The position numbers were made by a program, and so were the translations under genes. This document shows positions 1 through 7,509 of a DNA stretch of 10,839 bases, piece by piece. The notes beneath the pieces are model-generated. The model saw nothing but the letters and a program-made list of their open reading frames with translations, made no database searches and was not told the origin of the DNA. This DNA is from a virus, in the UHGV virus genome UHGV-0134099. One strand, given 5' to 3'. How positions within the stretch are numbered: the first letter of the stretch is position 1; each line of letters opens with the position of its first letter.

Positions 1-40
1 AAACAACTTTTTGTCTTTTTACCTTCCCGTTTCGCTCAAG
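1..40. other. Host chromosomal flank (bacterial B' side of the lambda attB locus)
   Basis: Reverse complement of 1-40 continues the remembered E. coli attB B' arm (cttgagcgaaacgggaaggtaaaaagac...). No ORF. Identity is from memory of the attB sequence, not a search. Confidence 0.6.
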
Positions 41-200
41 TTAGTATAAAAAAGCTGAACGTGAAACATTAAAAATCATTAATATCAATGCGTTATGATG
101 ATTTTTGTCTAAATAATAGACTACATAATACTGCAAAACACAGCATATGCAGTCACTATGAATCAACTACTTAGATGGCATTAGTGACCTGTAACAGAGC
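41..200. other. attR: Prophage attR (P-O-B' hybrid): 15-bp lambda-type core at 41-55 plus phage P arm with arm-type Int binding sites
   Basis: Positions 41-55 ttagtataaaaaagc are the reverse complement of the lambda core GCTTTTTTATACTAA. The left flank (31-40) matches the bacterial B' arm and the right flank (56 onward, ctgaacg...) matches the lambda P arm. Arm-type motifs cagtcactatg (150-160) and attagtgacct (180-190) match lambda P2/P1 Int arm sites. The intervening AT-rich sequence is diverged but collinear with the lambda P arm. Confidence 0.8.
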
Positions 201-241
201 ATTAGCGCAAGGTGATTTTTGTCTTCTTGCGCTAATTTTTT
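201..241 (+). terminator. sib: sib/tI-like intrinsic terminator and retroregulator hairpin in the P arm
   Basis: Perfect 11-bp inverted repeat attagcgcaag (201-211) / cttgcgctaat (226-236) followed by a T6 run (236-241) on the + strand. Position distal to the core on the P-arm side and orientation match lambda sib/tI. Confidence 0.6.
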
Positions 242-361
242 GTCAACATACTGGGTTATCTGAATTTACAACCATGCTCAGTATCTCGATAAGCGCAGAG
301 AAATGATGCAGTGGTGGGCGGACTGGCTGGACGAAAAGGCAAAATAAAGTGTTCCTAGCAA

Positions 362-1135
362 TTAGATGGGCTTGAATTTCTCCCCCCACGACTTTGCCTG
401 TTCTTTAAACCTGGCGCTGACATCACGAGACCATATTTTTCCGGCAACACTCCTGGCTGTTGCCGGAACGCCGCTAAGCATGCTAAATCTTTCGCACGAT
501 TTTGTGACGACAGCGCCTGCAGCAACTATAGAACACGCTCCAATGCTTACATTTTTTGTTATGCATACATTTTGTCCTATCCAGCAGTGTGGTTCTATAA
601 CTATAGGTTTCGATGGTGAATTAACTATTTCCATTGAGTCAATGTCATAAATAGGGTGGCCATCAGTCGCGCGGATTGTGATGCCAAAAGAAAACATGCA
701 GTCATCGCCAATAATTATTGACTTATTGGTATTTGAATTAAAACCCGTTGTCCATAAATTACTTGATGTTGTTGTGACGCCATTACCTACAAAAACGGCG
801 TCTCCACTTTCAACAACTGAAATATTCACGTTAATCAATTTACAAAAATTCCCAACATATGCCACCCCATCATTGCCATACATTTGGATCTTTGTGTTTC
901 TGCAAAGCGTCTTTTCACCTATGTAAACTCTTGAGTTCTTTGAGTTTCCCATAAATGTTACAGCAATACCATTTGGTATTTCAGAGCAACCATTAAGATA
1001 AATTAAATTGCTATCATCGCCATTAACGCCAAGCTCAGAGGGTTTATATGCAGTAAATGATTCCAAATTAAAATCAGAAATGCATGTTTTTATTATTTGG
1101 AAGTTATCTTCAATAACTTTGTTTGCCTGGCTCAC
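362..1135 (-). CDS. Hexapeptide-repeat (left-handed beta-helix) acetyltransferase, LacA/Mac/WcaF/NeuO-like; candidate lysogenic-conversion enzyme
   Basis: The C-terminal half carries tandem hexapeptide motifs (IIIGDDCMFSFGITIRATDGHPIY ... IVIEPHCWIGQNVCITKNVSIGACSIVAAGAVVTKS) with the catalytic-His context (TDGHP) typical of sugar O-acetyltransferases. The ORF track starts at a TTG at 1150; I prefer the GTG at 1135, which has an AGGAG Shine-Dalgarno 6 nt upstream (1142-1146). The gene is AT-rich compared with neighbouring phage genes. Confidence 0.8.
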   Translation of the reverse strand: MSQANKVIEDNFQIIKTCISDFNLESFTAYKPSELGVNGDDSNLIYLNGCSEIPNGIAVTFMGNSKNSRVYIGEKTLCRNTKIQMYGNDGVAYVGNFCKLINVNISVVESGDAVFVGNGVTTTSSNLWTTGFNSNTNKSIIIGDDCMFSFGITIRATDGHPIYDIDSMEIVNSPSKPIVIEPHCWIGQNVCITKNVSIGACSIVAAGAVVTKSCERFSMLSGVPATARSVAGKIWSRDVSARFKEQAKSWGEKFKPI

Positions 1136-1166
1136 AATTGACTCCTGCAATTATTTAAATAAACAT

Positions 1167-1188
1167 GCGCCTTTACAAAAAAAGGCGC
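1167..1188 (-). terminator. Hairpin downstream of the tailspike gene (possible weak terminator or 5'UTR structure of the acetyltransferase gene)
   Basis: 8-bp stem gcgccttt / aaaggcgc with a 6-nt loop. On the - strand it is followed by aTGTTTATTT, an imperfect U-tract. It lies between the tailspike stop and the acetyltransferase start. Confidence 0.35.
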
Positions 1189-1224
1189 AATGATTATATG
1201 ATGGTATATGCGTCTCCTTTCACA

Positions 1225-1253
1225 TTAATATCACAGTATGTCCGAGTTTTCAA
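1225..1253 (-). promoter_or_regulatory. Candidate sigma70 promoter for the acetyltransferase moron (-35 TTGAAA, 17-bp spacer, -10 TATTAA)
   Basis: On the - strand, TTGAAA (complement of 1248-1253) and TATTAA (complement of 1225-1230) are separated by 17 bp, immediately after the tailspike stop. Sequence inspection only. Confidence 0.3.
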
Positions 1254-1264
1254 AACATAGCTTC

Positions 1265-3352
1265 TTATGACAGATTTACGTTAACTCTGAGGTTAGCCCT
1301 GTCAGGGTTACTGTCTCCAGTATCAACGCGGTAACCAACCACAACATCGGTGGCGGTGACGTCCTTCACCCACGTCCGAACTGTTGACGTGGTTGGAGTA
1401 GACCTGTCATCTATCGTTAACTGTACTTGCCTGAAAGCTGGCGTATACAGAAATCGATGAGGGATGCTGACGGTCTTGTCTCCAGCTGTTGATATATCCA
1501 GGTTTGCGCTTAATCGCTGGCTTGTTGAATACCCAACGTTATTTACAGACGCAGAAATATTCCAGTTTTGACTCTTGCCAAGATCCGGTGAGTCGCCTGT
1601 GAATGGAACCTGCCCGGTTAACATTTCCATGGTCAGATTCACGTTTTCTGATGCAGGTTGCCCGGTAGAAACAAACCCAGTTGTGCAGCGATAAATAGAG
1701 CCGGTAATGTTGTTCCCGCGCAACGAGTTCGTTGGCGATACGCGCCTCAAACCAACTGTGCACGTTCTGGCGTTAAATATTACCGTCTGTCCTGCTCCAG
1801 CCAGATGCACCAAATCACCATTGCAGTTTTTGCCGGACACCTTCAACATGCCACCCACCGATGATGATGAGTACAGACCAATCCCTGAATACAGACTCCC
1901 TGCCTCAGTATCACCTGATGGTGCCGTTGAGTTGGAGTAGTTCAGGTCAACCTGGGCGTCATTTGTTACTACCACTGCTGTTGAGCCAACAACCCTGGCT
2001 ACCTGGGTTATCGTCCGTTTACAGGTGACACGGCAAACAAACCCGGCAGATGCCGCAATTGTAACACCATCAAAAGAGGCGTTTGGTAGCGAGTATGTCG
2101 GAATCGCACCCTTCCAGTTTGGATGTAACAGACTCAGGTTACGAATATCGAAAAATGCAGAGCCATAAGTATTGGCGCTAATGTTTACCTGCGACCTGGA
2201 GCTTTCAGCGATAATCCTACCGCCTTCTGATAATCGCACAGTGTTCCGTGTTCTGAACGCTGTACCAGACCAGGCAGCGTACGTGTGAACATCACCTATT
2301 TCAATATTTGCTCCATCAATAACAATACCGTCTACCTCTTCACCAGGGTACACAACTGATGTCGCCGCGGCTGTTTCTGCTGCCGGACGCGGCAGTATTC
2401 CGGCTCGTCCGATCCAAGCTTTTCTCAGCATCCCGTCGTTCGGCCCCTGGATGATAATTCCCTCCCCACCGAAATCACGACCAACAATACTGATGTCATA
2501 AACCGCAATTCTTGATGCGCTGTTTTCTGCACCAGGATTTTTGAACCACGCCCCCACGCCAGCAACGTTGTTTAGTAGAATATCGATAGTGAACCCGAAT
2601 CCCTGCACCTCAAGCCCATTGCCAGTGGTATTACCAAGTGTACCGGATGCAGAATTCCAGGCGCTGGTGAAGTAATTGCAATCGATGCCAAGTTTTGTTA
2701 TTTCGAAATTATTCGCATTTGCTATTACAGCAGTAGCATTTGTCCCTACTATTTGTTTTAAAGTAGTTTGCGTGTATCCAGATCCATTAATAATACATCC
2801 ATCTGGTATTGTTAGCGTGCTAAATAAATATATCCCAGGAGGTATGTGGACGTCCAGCGTATTTATTGCCGCTTGTAATGCGGATGTATCATCGTTTACT
2901 CCATCACCTTTTGCTCCGTAATACTGCGGTGTCTTTCTTAATGCTTCGTAAACACTTGACTCACCATAACCAATATTTTTAGAACCACCAGGTGAAGACA
3001 ATCGTTGCTCCAACTGATCAGGGTCATACTTCAGCACATTCGGGTAATAAAACTGCTGCACACCATACGCATCGTATACAGCCATAGAATGGCCTTGCAC
3101 AGTTACGAACTTGGCAATCTGCCCGTTATATACAGGGTAACCAGCAGCGTTAATGATGATTGGCTGTGCAACAGGAACGTGAGAACCGTCTTCGTTCTCC
3201 ACATAAACCTGGATCTGGTTTTCAGTATTTACCGGATCAGTGTCAATTTTTCCGATATAAATCTTTCCATTAGCTACGGCTTTAAAAGAACGAGCCATAG
3301 TGAAGAGTTGCGAAGGCATCGATACGATCACATTGGCTGTAATGTCTGTCAT
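1265..3352 (-). CDS. P22-type tailspike protein (gene 9 homolog): conserved head-binding N-domain, divergent receptor-binding beta-helix domain
   Basis: The N-terminus [13 protein letters not shown]...[20 protein letters not shown]...[15 protein letters not shown]...NVLKYDPDQ matches the P22/Sf6/HK620 tailspike head-binding domain and YDPDQ hinge as I remember them. The remaining roughly 580 aa are Gly/Ser/Thr/Asn-rich with repetitive beta-helix character and unlike the P22 endorhamnosidase. AGGAG-like Shine-Dalgarno (GGAG) 9 nt upstream of the ATG. Confidence 0.9.
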   Translation of the reverse strand: MTDITANVIVSMPSQLFTMARSFKAVANGKIYIGKIDTDPVNTENQIQVYVENEDGSHVPVAQPIIINAAGYPVYNGQIAKFVTVQGHSMAVYDAYGVQQFYYPNVLKYDPDQLEQRLSSPGGSKNIGYGESSVYEALRKTPQYYGAKGDGVNDDTSALQAAINTLDVHIPPGIYLFSTLTIPDGCIINGSGYTQTTLKQIVGTNATAVIANANNFEITKLGIDCNYFTSAWNSASGTLGNTTGNGLEVQGFGFTIDILLNNVAGVGAWFKNPGAENSASRIAVYDISIVGRDFGGEGIIIQGPNDGMLRKAWIGRAGILPRPAAETAAATSVVYPGEEVDGIVIDGANIEIGDVHTYAAWSGTAFRTRNTVRLSEGGRIIAESSRSQVNISANTYGSAFFDIRNLSLLHPNWKGAIPTYSLPNASFDGVTIAASAGFVCRVTCKRTITQVARVVGSTAVVVTNDAQVDLNYSNSTAPSGDTEAGSLYSGIGLYSSSSVGGMLKVSGKNCNGDLVHLAGAGQTVIFNARTCTVGLRRVSPTNSLRGNNITGSIYRCTTGFVSTGQPASENVNLTMEMLTGQVPFTGDSPDLGKSQNWNISASVNNVGYSTSQRLSANLDISTAGDKTVSIPHRFLYTPAFRQVQLTIDDRSTPTTSTVRTWVKDVTATDVVVGYRVDTGDSNPDRANLRVNVNLS

Positions 3353-3408
3353 TTAATTTGCTCCAGATACAAGGAATCGCCGCAGCATGGCTACGGTGAA
3401 TTTTGGGC

Positions 3409-3436
3409 ATAAAAAAACCCAGCCGAAGCTGGGTTG
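3409..3436 (-). terminator. Rho-independent terminator downstream of ant
   Basis: On the - strand: aacccagc-TTCG-gctgggtt (8-bp stem, UUCG tetraloop) followed by TTTTTTTAT. It sits between the ant stop (3453) and the tailspike start (3352). Confidence 0.75.
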
Positions 3437-3452
3437 TCGCGTTGGTTATCTG

Positions 3453-4331
3453 TCAGTAGTTATGTACTGAAGGAGGTAATTCTTTATTCTTAAGTCTCAT
3501 CCATGCGGAAAGATTCGTTGGTCCGTCTGGCTCATTGATATCAACATCTCGTGAGTGATTGATTAAAACGTCTCTCGCTATATCGATAATACGGGAGAAC
3601 TCATAACCGCAGTCATGACATCTGCCGGAATAGTTCGATTGAATTTGTTTTAGCGCCGGATACAGTTCGCGGAATAATGCCTGTGAACGGTTGGCATAAT
3701 CCCATAGCCATACAAGGCTGTTTGCTTCTTTTGCAGAAAGCTCGTTTGCTTTCTTCTCTTGTTTGCCGATAAACTCGCCTTCAAGCACTACCCTGTGGAT
3801 GTACTCTACGGCCAGCGGGATTTGTTCAATTGAAAGTTCATCAATGCTGTCAATACCAAAACGCTGATGAACCATATTGTATGCATCGTCATAGCGAAGT
3901 CCTTTCTTTCCTACCAGCATGTTTACTGCATCGCGTAGCGGCGTTCTTTCCTCAACAGTGGTTTTCTTGCCTTTCACATACTCGCCATGTTTGCGAATTG
4001 AAGGTAGAACTTCTGCTGTTACCCACTTGCGGAATTTGTGCGGGACCGAACCTTTATTGACAGCATCGCGGCAGCGCAGAACCAATGTATACATACCTGA
4101 TTCGCTAACAATGCTTAGATTCTGCTCACCACCAAGGGTGTAACTTAAAGTTACTCCCTTTTCATCGTCATCAAGTGCAGTAAGCGCCTTGCGTGAGTTA
4201 GTCAGGGTTAAAGCATCACAAACATCTTTTGCTACAAACCACGGCTCACCGCATTTGTTGATGACGCGGATTTCACTGTCGCCGAATTTGAAGATGGTGA
4301 AATCGTTTTGTGCCTTTGCTATACTTTTCAT
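3453..4331 (-). CDS. ant: Antirepressor Ant (P22 immI region)
   Basis: Position immediately downstream of arc, about 290 aa, with conserved motifs shared with P22 Ant as remembered ([34 protein letters not shown]). I chose the ATG at 4331 (MKSIAKAQ...), which has an AGGAAA Shine-Dalgarno 7 nt upstream; the ORF-track start at 4397 is an upstream in-frame extension through the arc-ant spacer. Confidence 0.85.
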   Translation of the reverse strand: MKSIAKAQNDFTIFKFGDSEIRVINKCGEPWFVAKDVCDALTLTNSRKALTALDDDEKGVTLSYTLGGEQNLSIVSESGMYTLVLRCRDAVNKGSVPHKFRKWVTAEVLPSIRKHGEYVKGKKTTVEERTPLRDAVNMLVGKKGLRYDDAYNMVHQRFGIDSIDELSIEQIPLAVEYIHRVVLEGEFIGKQEKKANELSAKEANSLVWLWDYANRSQALFRELYPALKQIQSNYSGRCHDCGYEFSRIIDIARDVLINHSRDVDINEPDGPTNLSAWMRLKNKELPPSVHNY

Positions 4332-4400
4332 GTCAATATTTCCTAATCCGATTTGTTGATACCGAAGCCCTGACTGTTCCCGCAGTTGGGGCTTCAACTT
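4332..4400 (+). ncRNA. sar: Candidate sar antisense RNA (about 69 nt) complementary to the ant translation-initiation region
   Basis: An extended -10 promoter (TGcTATACT, 4317-4325) on the + strand inside the 5' end of ant would start transcription near 4332. A hairpin gaagccc (4364-4370) / gggcttc (4389-4395) lies at the 3' end. The implied length of about 69 nt, and the location in the arc-ant spacer opposite the ant RBS, match P22 sar as I recall it. Confidence 0.5.
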
Positions 4401-4561
4401 TACGCGCCAATGCGCCCTTCCTTCTTAAAGCTTTCCATTACTCTCTGATAAATCTCAGAGTTAACAGACCGACCATTCTCTTCCGCCACCTTGCGTACCA
4501 AATCCAATACTTCTTTAGGCCACCGCAAATTGAACTGCGGCATCTTGCTCATTCCTTTCAT
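4400..4561 (-). CDS. arc: Arc repressor (ribbon-helix-helix), essentially identical to P22 Arc
   Basis: Translation from the ATG at 4561 gives [53 protein letters not shown], 53 aa, differing from remembered P22 Arc at one position (R16K). The ORF-track N-terminal extension to 4624 is rejected because it would read through the operators and promoter. Confidence 0.95.
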   Translation of the reverse strand: MKGMSKMPQFNLRWPKEVLDLVRKVAEENGRSVNSEIYQRVMESFKKEGRIGA

Positions 4562-4577
4562 ATTCACCTCACAATAT

Positions 4578-4594
4578 AGGTCCACCGTGGACCT
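4578..4594. promoter_or_regulatory. Mnt operator (Omnt), 17-bp palindrome
   Basis: aggtccaccgtggacct is a perfect palindrome about the central base. It matches the P22 mnt operator AGGTCCACGGTGGACCT as remembered, apart from the central base, and lies between arc and mnt. Confidence 0.85.
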
Positions 4595-4600
4595 ATTGAG

Positions 4601-4629
4601 AATATAGTAGAGTGCTTCTATCATGTCAA
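4601..4629 (-). promoter_or_regulatory. Pant promoter (-35 TTGACA, 17-bp spacer, -10 TATATT) driving arc-ant
   Basis: On the - strand, TTGACA is the complement of 4624-4629 and TATATT the complement of 4601-4606. The Arc operator occupies the spacer and the predicted start falls inside Omnt, as in P22 immI. Confidence 0.65.
4604..4624. promoter_or_regulatory. Arc operator (Oarc), 21 bp
   Basis: atagtagagtgcttctatcat is the exact reverse complement of the P22 arc operator ATGATAGAAGCACTCTACTAT as remembered. Confidence 0.9.
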
Positions 4630-4651
4630 TACACTAACTTGGAGTGATGGC

Positions 4652-4906
4652 ATGGCTAGAGATGATCCGCACTTTAACTTCCGTATGCCTTTGGAAGTAA
4701 GAGAAAAATTGAAATTAAGAGCCGAGGCTAACGGAAGGTCAATGAACTCTGAGTTATTACAAATCGTTCAGGATGCACTATCAAAACCATCACCGATTAC
4801 AGGATATCGCGACGAAGCTGAACGCTTGGCTGATCAGCAGGCTGAGCAGTTCAAGGCTATAGTGTTTGAGACACTTAAAAAGATTTATGAAAAGGATTTG
4901 AAATGA
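4652..4906 (+). CDS. mnt: Mnt repressor (maintenance of lysogeny; represses Pant)
   Basis: MARDDPHFNFRMPLEVREKLKLRAEANGRSMNSELLQIVQDALSKPSP... matches P22 Mnt as remembered, with a ribbon-helix-helix N-terminus. GGAG Shine-Dalgarno 7 nt upstream. The stop codon overlaps the next gene's start (ATGA at 4903-4906). Confidence 0.95.
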   Translation: MARDDPHFNFRMPLEVREKLKLRAEANGRSMNSELLQIVQDALSKPSPITGYRDEAERLADQQAEQFKAIVFETLKKIYEKDLK

Positions 4907-5238
4907 GATTTCTATCACTGTTCTTGTTAGCAGTTGTCTCTTCTTCCAGTGCTGAGCTGCGCGAGCTTCAAACGGGTAATGACCTTCTTTACAACATTCA
5001 ACAAGGTAAAAAGGGTGATGATTTTTCATCGCTTTACATTACTGGATATTTGCGCGGAGTAACTGACTCATTGATACTAATTGGTTCTCTATGTCCTCCT
5101 GATGGCGTTGACATGTATCAATACACCGATATCGTTGAGAAATATCTAAACAAAAACCCAGAATCAAGAAATGAGAGTGCAGTTATACTAACCGCCCTAG
5201 CAGTAGGAAAAACATTTCCGTGCAAAAAGAATCAATAA
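4903..5238 (+). CDS. Small secreted (signal-peptide) protein, function unknown; translationally coupled to mnt
   Basis: N-terminal signal peptide MRFLSLFLLAVVSSSSA with a predicted cleavage site before ELRE. Mature protein is about 94 aa with two Cys (possible disulfide). AAGGA Shine-Dalgarno 6 nt upstream; ATG overlaps the mnt stop. It occupies the locus between gene 16 and immI where P22 has sieA. Confidence 0.7.
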   Translation: MRFLSLFLLAVVSSSSAELRELQTGNDLLYNIQQGKKGDDFSSLYITGYLRGVTDSLILIGSLCPPDGVDMYQYTDIVEKYLNKNPESRNESAVILTALAVGKTFPCKKNQ

Positions 5239-5253
5239 CAATAAGGGCTTAAA

Positions 5254-5643
5254 ATGAAATTGATTATAGCAATGGCTTTCCTTGTCTTCTCGTTTTCTGT
5301 CTCAGCAGAGTGCTGGGTCGTTGGAGATATGCACGGAATAAGCTATTCAGAACGAAATAATTTTCAACCGGAAGAAGATGGTTTTAGTGGAACATTCATC
5401 ATTAAGACAAACGGTGAAGATGCCAGTATCACATATTCTGGGACGGATGCGGGCGGCATGGCTTACAAAGCATTGTCTAAAAACTCCATCATTGGAATCG
5501 GCGCGAATGGCGAAACTCAACGAGTTATCGACTCATGGGTAATACATCCTAATGGAACAGTTTTAATGTCGAAAACCATTTCTGGTTATGGGAATATGGA
5601 TTCAACCAAAGCTTTTGTTGGAAAAGTAAAAAGAAAATGTTAA
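5254..5643 (+). CDS. Small secreted (signal-peptide) protein, function unknown; second gene of the mnt-coupled cassette
   Basis: Signal peptide MKLIIAMAFLVFSFSVSA followed by ECWVV. Mature protein is about 111 aa, Gly/Ser/Thr-rich, with Cys near both ends. AAGGG Shine-Dalgarno 6 nt upstream; 15-bp gap from the preceding gene. Confidence 0.7.
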   Translation: MKLIIAMAFLVFSFSVSAECWVVGDMHGISYSERNNFQPEEDGFSGTFIIKTNGEDASITYSGTDAGGMAYKALSKNSIIGIGANGETQRVIDSWVIHPNGTVLMSKTISGYGNMDSTKAFVGKVKRKC

Positions 5644-5667
5644 CGATTGAATCCAATTCCCCATACG

Positions 5668-7509
5668 TTACTGCTGTGTTGCCTCAGTAGCAAGCAGCGG
5701 CCTGATGGCATTTGCAGCGTTACTCAACGCTCTTTCATAGGCTGGCGTTCCAGCTTTAGTGTTTGCCAGACGTAAGAGAGCATTCCTTGCTGCTTTGGAC
5801 TCATACAAACGCATCATTGCACCAAAGCCAGCCTCAAGCCCCATTGATACACCAAGAGTCGCAGTTGCGCCAATCGTCCTTATCCTGTTGGCTTGTGATT
5901 GCCCCGTCTGAGTTACTACATTTGCGGTGTCTGACCTTGCTGTTTGCTGTAGAACTTCATGAAGAGCATCAAGCTCTTTCATGTGCTTTCCAGAAAAAAT
6001 AGTGTTGTAAATTTCACCGCCTGACTGAGATTTCAGCTTATTAACTTCAGTGATGAACTTGGCTGGAGAGTCACCGGCCTTTTCCGCTATTTTGCTGACG
6101 TAAGCTGCACGCATAGCATCTTTCCCTTTATCATCCAGGGCGCTCCATATTCGTTTCACGTCAGATGGTTTTCTGCTTAATACAACGGTATTTATAAGTT
6201 CAGGACTGGCTTCACTGCTTGCCTTGTTGAGTTTGTTAGCAATGTTTTTATTAAGCACCTTATTATAAACGTTTGCATAATCGGAATTTGCTTTAAGGTA
6301 TTTTGCTGCGTCTGATGCACCGAGGTTTTTAGCAACTGCGTTACGAAGGTCTTTTGACATTGCATTCTCTACCATATTGGTAGCTGCTTTTGCCTGGTTG
6401 GGGAAGACCATAGCATCTCCCTGAACATTAGATCTAAATGCTGTTCTGTGCTGACGCAAGAGATCAAACGTAACATCCAAATCAGTTGCAGGGTTTGCTA
6501 ATTCTTCACGTAGGTTACGCAAGGATGTAAGCAGGCTTTGATTGGCAGACGTCCCAAGTCGTTCCTGTCTTGCGATCGCTGTATTCAGAGCATTCATGGT
6601 ATTTGTGGTATCAACTGCGGCATTACCCATTTTATTGGTGACGTCATTGATAACAGCGCCAGCGGCATCCTTCCTCCCCCTTAACGTGGTGGTCAGAGAT
6701 TTCACCACATCATCAGGGTTGTACTCACCAAAACGGTCAAAATAATTACTTACCAGCTTACTACGCGTTGCATATTGCTCCGCTCGCTTTGAGCCTGTCC
6801 CGAGCAAAGCCCCCTCGGCATCCTGAGTAAGGCCGCGAGTGAAAGCATTTTTCGGCGGGATAACATCAGATGTCATTGGTGTCACGCCCATCGATTCTGA
6901 TGTGGCAATTTTCTTCGCCACTTCTGGCGCAATATCACCTTTTATAGCCGTTATTCCACGCCCTATTCCCTTTGCTGCGGCGGAAAGAACACCCTGAGCG
7001 GCAAGGTTAACTCCGGCATTTTTAGCTGCATTTTGTGCGAAATCGCCTTTCTGATTTGCGGCCTCTGCCAATGATCCAATAGCCATGCTTCCTGCCGTTC
7101 CAACTCCTGGAACTAAATACCCACCAATTGTTTCACCGGCTTGTGCGTAGGGGTCTGTCGGTCTGTCTACTGGACGATAAACATCATCCAAAACCTTGGG
7201 TCCACCAAGCCCCTGGCTGATTGCATTAATCAGACTTGCGCCGCCCTGCAATACGTCAAATGGTATGTTTACCAGACCACGACCAGCCTGTTCTGCAATT
7301 TGCCCTGCACTTTGACCACCAGTGAGCCAATCGCCAGCTTGTTGCATCAATGATGGTTCTTCCCGTGTTGGTGCATTATTGGCCTGATTAACTGTTTGTT
7401 GCTGAACAGCCTGACCAGCAAAATACTCATCAATGGCGGTGCCAATATCTTCGGTGCTCGTACCATCAGGAAAGGTAAATGTCTTACCGTTTGCAGTTAC
7501 TTTCATCAT
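5668..7509 (-). CDS. Ejection (injection) protein gp16 homolog, P22-like
   Basis: 613 aa (P22 gp16 is about 609 aa). Gene order 7-20-16 upstream of immI matches P22. Ala/Gly/Gln-rich. Start overlaps the gp20 stop (ATGA, 7506-7509). Confidence 0.75.
   Translation of the reverse strand: MMKVTANGKTFTFPDGTSTEDIGTAIDEYFAGQAVQQQTVNQANNAPTREEPSLMQQAGDWLTGGQSAGQIAEQAGRGLVNIPFDVLQGGASLINAISQGLGGPKVLDDVYRPVDRPTDPYAQAGETIGGYLVPGVGTAGSMAIGSLAEAANQKGDFAQNAAKNAGVNLAAQGVLSAAAKGIGRGITAIKGDIAPEVAKKIATSESMGVTPMTSDVIPPKNAFTRGLTQDAEGALLGTGSKRAEQYATRSKLVSNYFDRFGEYNPDDVVKSLTTTLRGRKDAAGAVINDVTNKMGNAAVDTTNTMNALNTAIARQERLGTSANQSLLTSLRNLREELANPATDLDVTFDLLRQHRTAFRSNVQGDAMVFPNQAKAATNMVENAMSKDLRNAVAKNLGASDAAKYLKANSDYANVYNKVLNKNIANKLNKASSEASPELINTVVLSRKPSDVKRIWSALDDKGKDAMRAAYVSKIAEKAGDSPAKFITEVNKLKSQSGGEIYNTIFSGKHMKELDALHEVLQQTARSDTANVVTQTGQSQANRIRTIGATATLGVSMGLEAGFGAMMRLYESKAARNALLRLANTKAGTPAYERALSNAANAIRPLLATEATQQ

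Larger units (their letters stand above)
4596..4631 (+). promoter_or_regulatory. Candidate Pmnt (-35 TTGAGA 4596-4601, -10 TATCAT 4619-4624), divergent from and overlapping Pant and Oarc
   Basis: Hexamers with 17-bp spacing upstream of the mnt Shine-Dalgarno GGAG (4641-4644) and ATG (4652). Placement is by inspection only. Confidence 0.4.

Noticed and set aside
303-347. 14-aa ORF (MMQWWADWLDEKAK) on the + strand between the sib hairpin and the acetyltransferase stop
   Set aside because: Too short, no convincing Shine-Dalgarno, and it lies in the att-proximal non-coding region; most likely a chance ORF.
1-361. Partial tRNA 3' end at the attachment site (tRNA genes are common integration targets for P22-like prophages)
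   Set aside because: The junction matches the intergenic lambda attB/attP core and arms instead; no tRNA-like acceptor or T-arm sequence was seen.
382-387. C6 (G6 on the coding strand) homopolymer near the 3' end of the acetyltransferase gene as a possible phase-variation tract
   Set aside because: Only 6 nt, close to the stop codon, and there are no tandem heptanucleotide repeats such as those in neuO; unlikely to be a contingency locus.
4332-4397. ORF-track N-terminal extension of ant ([22 protein letters not shown]...) starting at 4397
   Set aside because: The extension runs through the arc-ant spacer and terminator-like hairpin. The internal ATG at 4331 has a proper Shine-Dalgarno, and the resulting size matches P22 Ant.
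4562-4624. ORF-track N-terminal extension of arc (MIEALYYILNRSTVDLYCEVN...) starting at 4624
   Set aside because: It would be translated from the Arc and Mnt operators and the Pant promoter; the Arc protein sequence begins at the ATG at 4561.
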